Assembly (NCBI GenBank): GCA_964291315.2
Contig: OZ219753.1
Span: 1,184,001 to 1,248,000, forward strand
Source of the DNA: Candidatus Poribacteria bacterium
Lineage (GTDB): Bacteria > Poribacteria > WGA-4E > WGA-3G
Reading direction: 5' to 3'
DNA length: 64,000 bases
The notes under the pieces are model-generated. The model saw only the letters and a list, made by a program, of their open reading frames with translations. It had not been told where the DNA came from and ran no database searches. The translations under genes and the position numbers were made by a program. Shown one piece after another: positions 48,452 to 57,189 of the stretch (its first letter is position 1; every line of letters begins with the position of its first letter).

Positions 48452-50656
48452 ATGAAAAAAAGTAGAAATGGTATGAGAAGAACATTGTTCGTTCTGTCTA
48501 TTTTGGCGGTGCTGGTGTTTTCGGTTGCTCAGTTAGCAGCGGCGCAATGGAAGGCGAACCAAGTAACGAATCAGACAGATGAGAATGTAGATGTGATCCA
48601 TTCGACGTGGCGGCCTGCGAAAGAAGATATTCCGAACGGATTTCGGACGCGCGGGCATTATCGCCTGGCTCCGGGTGAGACTCGGCAATTTTATGCGTGG
48701 TCAGACAACAGCATCTATTTCCGCATCTTGCGTTCGGGTGAGGCGATAAAACCGAACGTTGATAAGGTGACGTTTAGTTTTTGGGTTCATCCGTCTCGTT
48801 CGTTTATGATAGTCTCGGACGAGCTGAGTGCTGCCGTGAAGTTTTCTGATTTGAGTTATGTGAATCGTTCTCGCGAGGGTTTTGTTCGTGAGGATGGTTT
48901 TATGAAGTATTCGAATGGCTCTGTTGTGAATATCACGTCTGGCTGGGTGTCCGTAGTTCCGGATGCGCCGGGTGCTGGCGATGGTGTGGGTCCTGGTGCT
49001 ACGACTACCCCTACGCCGCCGCAGGAGTCTCCTGCTCCGCCCGAGGGCATGGTGTTGATCCCTGCGGGCGAGTTTGAGATGGGCAGCAACGATGCAGATT
49101 CTTACTGGGATAAGCCGCACATTCATACTGTCTACGTGGATGCGTTTTATATGGACACACATGAAGTGACGAACGCAGACTTCCAGCGATTTGTGTTGGC
49201 GAACCCACAGTGGCAGAAGAGCCGGATTCCGGACAACTTGCACGGCGGAAACTACCTGAGGCATTGGGATGATTTTAATAACTATCCTGCGGGCAAGGCG
49301 AACCATCCTGTGGTTTGGGTGAGTTGGTATGGTGCAGTGGCGTATGCGAAGTGGGCAGGCAAGCGGCTCCCCACAGAGGCGGAGTGGGAGAAAGCCGCAC
49401 GCGGCGGCAAGTCGGGGCTAAAGTATCCCTGGGGAAACACGATTAGCCATACGCACGCGAACTACGGCAATAATGTCGGTGGGACGACGGCAGTGGGTGC
49501 GTATCCAGCGAATGGGTATGGTCTCTATGATATGGCCGGGAATGTCTACGAGTGGTGTCTGGATGCGTATGACGGGAACTTCTATGTTCGGTCCCCTGCT
49601 CGTAACCCCGTATCGGACGTGAATACACTGTCCAATATATTCCTAATATTAAATAATTACACCCAAATTAAGATGTCCCGCGTCTTTCGTGGCGGCAACT
49701 GCTACGATACAGCACAGGACGTGCGGGTCGCCCACCGCAACGCCTATTCGCCGCCGGCCTCGAACTCCGGCCTCGGGTTCCGTTGTGCGAGGTCCGTATC
49801 CCCTTCGGATGCTGGTGATGGTGTAGGTACTGGTGCTACTCCTCCTGTGCCTAGTGTCACCCCGCCGTCGCCGGAGGCTGCTGCTGCGCCCGAAGGCATG
49901 GTGTTAATTCCTGCGGGTGAGTTTGAGATGGGCAGCAACGATGCAGATTCTTACCCGGATGAGCAGCCCGTCCATACCGTCTACGTAGATGCGTTTTACA
50001 TGGACACACATGAAGTGACGAACGCGGAATTCAAGCGTTTTGTGTTGGCGAACCCACAGTGGCAGAAGAGCCGTATGCCGCACAACTTACACAATCAGTT
50101 CTACCTATTTCGGTGGAGTAGTCCTCCCAACTATCCTCGGCGCGAGGCGAACCATCCTGTTGCTGGGGTGTTTTGGCATGCTGCCGTGGCGTATGCGAAG
50201 TGGGCAGGCAAACGGCTCCCCACAGAGGCGGAGTGGGAGAAAGCTGCACGCGGTGGCAAGTCGGGGCTAAAGTATCCCTGGGGAAACACGATTAGCCGCA
50301 CGCGTGCGAACTACGGCGGATATCTCGGTGGAACGTATACAGTGGGTAGATATCCTGCGAATGGGTATGGTCTCTATGATATGGTGGGGAATGTCTGGGA
50401 GTGGTGTCTGGATGCGTATGACAAAAACTTCTATACCATTTCACCTACTTCTAATCCGCTATCGGGTGCGTCTAGTATTCAGTGGCTATTAGCTAATTAT
50501 GCAGAGATTAAGACTAAACGCGTCTTGCGTGGCGGCTCCTGGAGCGATCTATTCTCTGCGGAGCGGAAGGCGCGGGTTGCCTACCGCTTCGGCGGTACGC
50601 CTACGGGCGCGCACTACCTCCGCGGGTTCCGTTGCGCAAAGTCTGTATCCCCTTGA
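48452..50656 (+). CDS. Secreted protein with N-terminal beta domain and two tandem FGE/C-type-lectin domains, probable DGR target
   Basis: Signal peptide; two near-identical PEGMVLIPAGEFEMGS...RLPTEAEWEKAARGG...GFRC.SVSP units separated by Pro/Thr linkers. Confidence 0.88.
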   Translation: MKKSRNGMRRTLFVLSILAVLVFSVAQLAAAQWKANQVTNQTDENVDVIHSTWRPAKEDIPNGFRTRGHYRLAPGETRQFYAWSDNSIYFRILRSGEAIKPNVDKVTFSFWVHPSRSFMIVSDELSAAVKFSDLSYVNRSREGFVREDGFMKYSNGSVVNITSGWVSVVPDAPGAGDGVGPGATTTPTPPQESPAPPEGMVLIPAGEFEMGSNDADSYWDKPHIHTVYVDAFYMDTHEVTNADFQRFVLANPQWQKSRIPDNLHGGNYLRHWDDFNNYPAGKANHPVVWVSWYGAVAYAKWAGKRLPTEAEWEKAARGGKSGLKYPWGNTISHTHANYGNNVGGTTAVGAYPANGYGLYDMAGNVYEWCLDAYDGNFYVRSPARNPVSDVNTLSNIFLILNNYTQIKMSRVFRGGNCYDTAQDVRVAHRNAYSPPASNSGLGFRCARSVSPSDAGDGVGTGATPPVPSVTPPSPEAAAAPEGMVLIPAGEFEMGSNDADSYPDEQPVHTVYVDAFYMDTHEVTNAEFKRFVLANPQWQKSRMPHNLHNQFYLFRWSSPPNYPRREANHPVAGVFWHAAVAYAKWAGKRLPTEAEWEKAARGGKSGLKYPWGNTISRTRANYGGYLGGTYTVGRYPANGYGLYDMVGNVWEWCLDAYDKNFYTISPTSNPLSGASSIQWLLANYAEIKTKRVLRGGSWSDLFSAERKARVAYRFGGTPTGAHYLRGFRCAKSVSP
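49679..49804 (+). repeat. Putative DGR variable repeat VR2 (internal to gene)
   Basis: Same A-position-biased divergence relative to VR1 and VR3. Confidence 0.65.
50519..50656 (+). repeat. Putative DGR variable repeat VR3
   Basis: Same pattern, with a 3-codon insertion after GGSW; ends TCTGTATCCCCTTGA like VR1. Confidence 0.65.
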
Positions 50657-50896
50657 ATCTTTACTGTTTAACGCATTTCACTCCATTTTTCTTGTTAGGT
50701 TGTGCTGCAGCAGTCCTCGTAGCACAACCTGCTGAGGGGTGCCTTGTACTACAGTCCCCTTGTGTCATAACCTGTTAGGTTGTGCCTCCCCTCATAGTTT
50801 AAGGTGTCCAATTTGTGAGTTGATACTCAATCGCACAGGAAACCGACAGCCTATGCTACAAGCGTCGAAGAAGCACAGACTGGCAGTCTATGCTAC
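50657..50896 (+). repeat. Conserved post-VR segment with hairpin (50697-50730) and REP-like cluster
   Basis: AGGTTGTGCT...AGCACAACCT stem; GCACAGACTGGCAGTCTATGCTAC at 50873-50896. Confidence 0.7.
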
Positions 50897-50904
50897 AACT
50901 CCCT

Positions 50905-53124
50905 CTATTCGGCAATCGGCACAATCCAACCGTTCGTCACCGCTGGTTTATACGCATTGTCGCGCAAATAATCCGAGGTATGCCACAAGCAGAGATGCTG
51001 ACCGTCTGGCATCCAGACAACCGAGGTCAGTTTTAGCGCAGTCCGCGCAATTGGAAATTTCTTACCGCTCTCTAGGTCATAAACCCAGACCTTCCAGCGG
51101 ATACCCTCACAGTCCTCACGCTCCAGATATGCCAACCGCCTCCCGGTCGGCGACCACGACGGTGATGTGTGTGCCAAAATTTCGCTCTGTGTCAAGCCCC
51201 TAACCGTTTCCGACAGGTGCAGCTGCTTATCGATCCGCCGCCCGGGTCTATTGCTGCCCGATAAAACGTATGCGATCCGGGTGCTATCTGCTGCCCAATT
51301 GAGTTGTCGCACCTGTTGATGCTGCGTCTGAATCTCTTTTATCCGCTGCCCCTCTATATCTTGAATGCGGATACCCACGTATTTTGAGTTATCTACACCA
51401 AAAGCGACGCGTGTGCCGTCAGGTGCCCAAGAAGGTGCAGGTAGATAGGTGTAAGTCCGCTGTCGACGTTCGATGGGCACCCGCGCAATAGCACGTAAAC
51501 CGCTACCGTCGCTATTGATTCGATAGATGATGTCTAGTTCCTTTTCGCGCCTTCTAAACACTAGACGGTTGGAGGTCGGAGAAAAAGCGGGCCCCTCGCC
51601 ACGGACCAACTGTTTCGTCTGGCCGAACTTCCAATCCACTGTGTAGATATAGCGCTCACCGTTTTCATCAACCTCAAACGCGACGAGCCTGCTATCCAGG
51701 GACCAAGAGAGGTGCGGATTGTAAAACTGGCCGATATAGTATTTTCGTGCTCGCGCCCCTTTCCGATCCATAATCCACAACTCATTTGCACGCCAGTATC
51801 TACTTTTCAAATCGTCCCTTTTCAGAAACGCGACCAACTCCCCATCCGGGCTCCAGCGCGGGTATTCAGCACCCTCTATCAGTTGCAGCCGGCGCGGGGA
51901 TGGCGCTGAGCCGTCAGGCTCCCGGCAAAAAGTGGTGTTGAACAAAATGCCGTCTGTCTCCTCAAATTCCCCGAAGGCAAATTTATCCATCCACCCGCGG
52001 ACACCGTTCGGCAGCTCGATGTCGTACCACCCATCTGAAACTTGCACAATGGGCAAGGACATTTCCGCATTGAGGTGTAACAGCACGGACTTTTGATCTT
52101 TTGTCGTGTAGACCGGTGCCTCGTCGTGGACCACAACGCCTGATCGCCGGGGTTCCGCAGTTGCCGGGACTGCAGCTGCGTTCGTGAAGGCGTAAACATA
52201 CCCGTCGCCAGATGCTGCGTAAAGAGTGCCATCAGATATAGCAGGTGCGGCATCTACAAAACCGCCTGTCTGGTACATCCAAGTTTCTGTATGTGATGCC
52301 GAATCAAACCCGTGGATACGTCCATCGCGCGCACCGATGTAAGTAATGCCGTTTGCTGTAACAGGATAGCTGTCGCTTCCGGCCGTATAACCGCGCCATA
52401 CCTTGGCAGCGTGCTCCGGGAACACTGGCCGGAACACGCCGTTGGCACATCCGTATTCGATGCCATGAATTCGGACTGTCCGCTCATGCATCGCCTCAAG
52501 TTCGCCCGTCCTCGCGTTCAGCACGTAGATTTTTGATGGAAACGCGCCGACATAAACCTTGTTATCGGCAACGATGGGCGGTCCGTCCATCCAACTTTTC
52601 GTTTTGAATTTCCACAGCTTTTTGCCTGTTTGTGCCCTCAATGCATGGATTTTATTGTTTCGTGCGTTGAAGTAGACGCTATCACCGAGCACCGTCGCAG
52701 AATAACGGATAGCGTCCCCGGCATCAAACACCCATTTAATCCCCCACTGCTTCGCGTCTAACGCATACAATTTTCCGTCAGTCGACCCGATATACAAGAT
52801 ACCGTTTGCAATCACCGGTGAGGCATGGAGGGGGCCACCCGTTTTGAATCTCCACAACAGCTTCAGGGGCGGCATCAGGTGTTTGTCGGGGCTAATCCCG
52901 GAAAAACCGAGGTTGTGCATAAACATGTACCAATCTTCAGCACGCGGAGGTGTAACAGCAATGACTTCGGGAGACACGGACTCCTCCACCTCGGAAGGAC
53001 GTGATGCCCCCTGCTGTGTTGAATCACACCCGCATACCAGCAGAAATACGAGTAACGCTATAAATTTTAGGGCGCAGTTCGTGTACCAACACTGGTTGTC
53101 CAGCAATCTATTCGAGAGATACAC
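50905..53124 (-). CDS. Lipoprotein with PQQ-like beta-propeller repeats, SH3b-like domain and TolB/PD40 propeller
   Basis: Lipobox-like LVCGC; W.FKTGG..ASP...LYIGSTDGKLYALDA repeats; DGWYDIELPNGVRGWM; PRWSPDG/PSWAPDG repeats. Confidence 0.8.
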   Translation of the reverse strand: MYLSNRLLDNQCWYTNCALKFIALLVFLLVCGCDSTQQGASRPSEVEESVSPEVIAVTPPRAEDWYMFMHNLGFSGISPDKHLMPPLKLLWRFKTGGPLHASPVIANGILYIGSTDGKLYALDAKQWGIKWVFDAGDAIRYSATVLGDSVYFNARNNKIHALRAQTGKKLWKFKTKSWMDGPPIVADNKVYVGAFPSKIYVLNARTGELEAMHERTVRIHGIEYGCANGVFRPVFPEHAAKVWRGYTAGSDSYPVTANGITYIGARDGRIHGFDSASHTETWMYQTGGFVDAAPAISDGTLYAASGDGYVYAFTNAAAVPATAEPRRSGVVVHDEAPVYTTKDQKSVLLHLNAEMSLPIVQVSDGWYDIELPNGVRGWMDKFAFGEFEETDGILFNTTFCREPDGSAPSPRRLQLIEGAEYPRWSPDGELVAFLKRDDLKSRYWRANELWIMDRKGARARKYYIGQFYNPHLSWSLDSRLVAFEVDENGERYIYTVDWKFGQTKQLVRGEGPAFSPTSNRLVFRRREKELDIIYRINSDGSGLRAIARVPIERRQRTYTYLPAPSWAPDGTRVAFGVDNSKYVGIRIQDIEGQRIKEIQTQHQQVRQLNWAADSTRIAYVLSGSNRPGRRIDKQLHLSETVRGLTQSEILAHTSPSWSPTGRRLAYLEREDCEGIRWKVWVYDLESGKKFPIARTALKLTSVVWMPDGQHLCLWHTSDYLRDNAYKPAVTNGWIVPIAE

Positions 53125-53358
53125 ATTGATCCTTTCGTTAAGGGGTTGTGTGTTCGGTGTTGCGATCAGTTTTTTTGTTAACTTAACACATTACCGAGTA
53201 AGATGCAACTCTTCTTTTTAGCGCGAGTAACGTTTCTTGCGTGACGGATTTCCAAATCCCGACTTTAAACAGCACTATTGCTATTCTAAAACGGTTGAAA
53301 TACGACGCAACTTATGGTAAAATAGTAGAAAGTCTCTATACAACAAAGGAGTCAGCAG

Positions 53359-56031
53359 ATGCCCTATCCTGATCACGATCTTTTTCAGACACGCCGCACA
53401 CTCGACATTGGGGAGCAGGAGTTCACCTACTATTCACTCCCCGCCTTAGCAGAAGCCGGTATCGGCTCAATTGCAACTTTGCCCGTCAGTCTCCGCATTC
53501 TATTGGAGTCGTTATTACGAAATTACGATGGACACCAAATCACAGAAGAGGATGTCGTGAATTTGGCGAATTGGGACGCACGATCTCCTGAAGCGAAGGA
53601 GATCCCCTTTAAGCCGGCGCGCGTCGTGGCCCAAGATTTCACAGGTGTCCCTCTAGTCGTTGATATTGCCGCCATGCGCTCCGCTGTGGCAGCTCTCGGC
53701 GGAGATGCACGCATGATAGAACCGCTCGTCCCTGTCGATTTAGTCATCGACCACTCTATCCAGGTTGATGCATACGGCTCTGAAGATGCATTTCAGTTCA
53801 ATACCCAACGTGAATTTGAACGCAACAAGGAACGCTACGAGTTCCTGAAGTGGGGACAGCAGGCGTTTGAAAAGTTCAACATTATTCCGCCCTCTATTGG
53901 TATTGTACATCAAGTGAATCTGGAATACCTTGCTAAGGTTGTTATGGCGGAAGATTCGCTCGCCTATCCCGATACTGTCGTCGGCACGGATTCACACACC
54001 ACCATGATTAACGGCTTAGGTATCGTCGGATGGGGTGTCGGCGGCATCGAAGCAGAAGCGGCTATGTTAGGGCAACCCGTTTACATTCTGACCCCCCAAG
54101 TCCTTGGTGTCCATCTCATAGGTGAACTTCAGGACGGCGTGACCGCAACCGACCTCGTATTGACTGTAACACAACGACTCAGAGTCGCTGCAGTCGTTGA
54201 TAAATTTGTTGAATTCTTTGGCGAAGGTGTAGAAAAACTCTCCTTACCCGACCGAGCCACCCTCTCAAACATGTGCCCCGAATACGGTGCAACTATCGGA
54301 TTCTTCCCACCGGATGCTGAGACGATGCAATACCTTCGACTTACCGGCCGTGATGAGGCACACATCGATGTAGTAGAATCCTACCTCAAGGCACAGGGCA
54401 TGTTCGGCATTCCCCGTCTTGGCGATGTCGAGTACTCTGATATTCTGGAAATCGATCTCGCGAGTATCGAACCGAGTATCGCCGGCCCGAAACGTCCGCA
54501 AGATCGAATCGCCTTGTCGAGTGTTAAAGAGACCTTTACTGAATTGCTCACGCGTCCCGTGGCAGAAGATGGATTCGGCGTGGCAAAGCTAGATACCGAC
54601 CCTGATGCGATAACGCACGGTTCCGTTGCCATCTCCGCGATTACCAGCTGCACGAACACGAGTAACCCCTCTGTTATGATTGGTGCAGGGTTGCTCGCTA
54701 AGAAAGCCGTCGAAAAGGGGCTGCGTGTCCCTGATTACGTCAAGACCAGTCTGGCCCCCGGTTCACGGGTTGTAACCGAATACCTGCAGAACACGGGGCT
54801 GCTCCCTTACCTCGAAGAACTCGGTTATAACGTCGTCGGTTACGGCTGCACAACCTGTATCGGGAACAGCGGCCCGCTCAACGATGTCGTTCAAGAGGCG
54901 ATTGATGCAGGTAACCTTGTCACCGCTAGCGTTTTGAGTGGTAACCGGAATTTTGAAGCCCGTGTGCATCCAGAAATAAAAGCCAACTTCCTCATGTCAC
55001 CGCCGCTTGTTGTTGCCTACGGGCTTGCAGGCCGGATTGACATCGACTTCAACACAGAACCCATCGGACACAACGATATAGGCGACGCTGTCTACTTGAA
55101 GGACATCTGGCCCACCCAGCAAGAAATCGCTGAGATGGTTGGAGCAGCCGTTGATCGACAAACTTTCCGGGAGATGTACGAAGCTATCGGGAATCAAGCA
55201 CCCGAATGGGAAGAACTTGCAGGCGCAGCAGGTGTTCTTTACCCGTGGAATGAGCGAAGCACTTACGTCCAGCATCCACCTTTCTTTGAAGACTTCGCGC
55301 GCCATCCCGCACCTATTTCTGACATCGTAGATGCACGCGTTCTCGGTATCTTCGGGGACTCCGTCACCACTGATCATATCTCTCCAGCAGGCGCGATCGC
55401 CGCAGGGAGCCCCGCAGGCGAGTATTTGCAGTTACACGGCGTTGAGGTACTCGATTTCAATACCTACGGCTCCAGACGTGGAAACGACCGTGTGATGAGC
55501 CGCGGCACATTTGCCAACCGTCGCGTTCGCAACCGGATGACCCCTGAGGTTGAGGGCGGATTTACGATTCAGTATCCAGAAAGAACACAGACCACTATCT
55601 ATGAAGCCGCACTCCGTTATCGTGAAAATGGAGTGCCGACTGTCATCTTTGCCGGACAGGACTACGGTATGGGAAGCTCCCGGGACTGGGCAGCGAAGGG
55701 ACCTAAACTCTTAGGCGTCAAAGCCGTCGTCGTGGAGAGTTACGAGCGAATCCACCGCAGCAATCTCATCGGTATGGGGGTCTTGCCCTTGCAATTCAAA
55801 GCGGGTGAAAACGTCGAAACGCTCAATCTCGATGGTAGCGAGATTATCAGCATCACAGGATTTGCCGACACCCTTCAGCCTGGCCAGATGGCAACGATGC
55901 AGATTGTTAGAACAAATGGTGACATGCAGACGACCCAGCTGCTCATCAGAATTGACTCACCCGTAGAGGTAGAATACTACAAACACGGCGGGATTCTCGA
56001 CTACGTTATCCGGAATTTCCTATCGGCTTAA
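53359..56031 (+). CDS. acnA: Aconitate hydratase A
   Basis: [62 protein letters not shown]. Confidence 0.97.
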   Translation: MPYPDHDLFQTRRTLDIGEQEFTYYSLPALAEAGIGSIATLPVSLRILLESLLRNYDGHQITEEDVVNLANWDARSPEAKEIPFKPARVVAQDFTGVPLVVDIAAMRSAVAALGGDARMIEPLVPVDLVIDHSIQVDAYGSEDAFQFNTQREFERNKERYEFLKWGQQAFEKFNIIPPSIGIVHQVNLEYLAKVVMAEDSLAYPDTVVGTDSHTTMINGLGIVGWGVGGIEAEAAMLGQPVYILTPQVLGVHLIGELQDGVTATDLVLTVTQRLRVAAVVDKFVEFFGEGVEKLSLPDRATLSNMCPEYGATIGFFPPDAETMQYLRLTGRDEAHIDVVESYLKAQGMFGIPRLGDVEYSDILEIDLASIEPSIAGPKRPQDRIALSSVKETFTELLTRPVAEDGFGVAKLDTDPDAITHGSVAISAITSCTNTSNPSVMIGAGLLAKKAVEKGLRVPDYVKTSLAPGSRVVTEYLQNTGLLPYLEELGYNVVGYGCTTCIGNSGPLNDVVQEAIDAGNLVTASVLSGNRNFEARVHPEIKANFLMSPPLVVAYGLAGRIDIDFNTEPIGHNDIGDAVYLKDIWPTQQEIAEMVGAAVDRQTFREMYEAIGNQAPEWEELAGAAGVLYPWNERSTYVQHPPFFEDFARHPAPISDIVDARVLGIFGDSVTTDHISPAGAIAAGSPAGEYLQLHGVEVLDFNTYGSRRGNDRVMSRGTFANRRVRNRMTPEVEGGFTIQYPERTQTTIYEAALRYRENGVPTVIFAGQDYGMGSSRDWAAKGPKLLGVKAVVVESYERIHRSNLIGMGVLPLQFKAGENVETLNLDGSEIISITGFADTLQPGQMATMQIVRTNGDMQTTQLLIRIDSPVEVEYYKHGGILDYVIRNFLSA

Positions 56032-56065
56032 ATCAACAAAATAGGAACTCCACAATCCACATCCA

Positions 56066-56103
56066 AAAGCACGGGGTTACTGTCAGCAGAATCCCCGTGC
56101 TTT
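56066..56103. terminator. Hairpin terminator between convergent acnA and AKR genes (possibly bidirectional)
   Basis: AAAGCACGGGG...CCCCGTGCTTT. Confidence 0.7.
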
Positions 56104-56269
56104 CACTGCGGCAGTAGATCAAGAACAACGCGGTATATCTGGGCTAAGAATTAGGCTTCACGACTACAGTGCAGCGTTAGAGAATGTTGGTTGGCTTATA
56201 GAACGGTTAGGTAAAGACGAGGCATCGGTAGATGAAAAACCACGCTGAAGACTGTGGTCTCTGTATTTC

Positions 56270-57091
56270 CTACCTTCCATGAACTGTTCGCAAATCCAAC
56301 CGGGCATCGACAGCGTCGGACACCGCGTTCGTCCAATCTACATCGTCAATACGCTGCAAGCTCATCAATGCGACGTTTACCATCGGATTCGACAAGGCGT
56401 AGTTGAGGAGAAAACTATCGATGTCAACGTTCGCCATCTCGTTCGGAAAACAGTGCTTCATGAGATTCTGGAAGGCGTTACTTGTGGTAGAGCGCATCAG
56501 CACAATCCCCATCTCTTGTGAGACTGCGTCGGGGATCACGCCTTGCCCCCCGAACGCATCACAAGTACTCTGGTACATGAGGTTATAGTGGATTTGCATC
56601 ATGTCAAATTCTGCGGTGGCAATTAACTGCTCTGTGCCGCTAGAGGGGCCGTCCGCCGAAAACCCGATAAACCGGACTTTCCCATCTGCTTTCAGTTTCA
56701 AATATGTTTCCAACCCGCCTCTATTGAGAATTGTGTCTATATCGTCGGCATAAAACCATCCGCCGTGAAATTGCAGGACATCGATGTAGTCTGTGCCGAG
56801 CCGTTGCAGGCTCCCTTCTACATCTGTCACGATACCTTCTGGGTTGTATTCTTCCGTCTTGGTTGCGACGATACACGATTCGCGTCGTCCGTTGATGGCC
56901 TTACCGATAATCGTCTCGCTGTAACCGCTGCCATAGTCAGGTGCGGTGTCAAGATAGTTGAGGCCACACTCCATAGCATAATGGAGCATTCTGATGAGTG
57001 CAGCCTCATCGTGCTCTTGGCCAACTCTACCGCCGCCGTAACCGATCTCCGATACGCTGAGTCCCGTTTTGCCGAGTATACGATACTTCAT
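56270..57091 (-). CDS. Aldo/keto reductase
   Basis: MKYRILGKTGLSVSEIGYG, DTAPDYG, SL.RLGTDYIDVLQFH, GKVRFIGFS. Confidence 0.92.
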   Translation of the reverse strand: MKYRILGKTGLSVSEIGYGGGRVGQEHDEAALIRMLHYAMECGLNYLDTAPDYGSGYSETIIGKAINGRRESCIVATKTEEYNPEGIVTDVEGSLQRLGTDYIDVLQFHGGWFYADDIDTILNRGGLETYLKLKADGKVRFIGFSADGPSSGTEQLIATAEFDMMQIHYNLMYQSTCDAFGGQGVIPDAVSQEMGIVLMRSTTSNAFQNLMKHCFPNEMANVDIDSFLLNYALSNPMVNVALMSLQRIDDVDWTNAVSDAVDARLDLRTVHGR

Positions 57092-57189
57092 AGCAAATTT
57101 CCTTCCCTTTGAATCAAGGTCTGCTTGTAAAGCAGGAAGGATGAAAGTTAGAAAAGAGACTTCGTTCCATTCTTCCATCCTTTCTTCTT

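Noticed and set aside
47251-50656. True formylglycine-generating enzymes maturing the sulfatase at 33914
   Set aside because: The catalytic cysteine pair is absent, the corresponding region is hypervariable, and the proteins are exported.
50739-51203. 154-aa + strand ORF
   Set aside because: Reads through REP repeats and overlaps the well-supported minus-strand PQQ/TolB gene.
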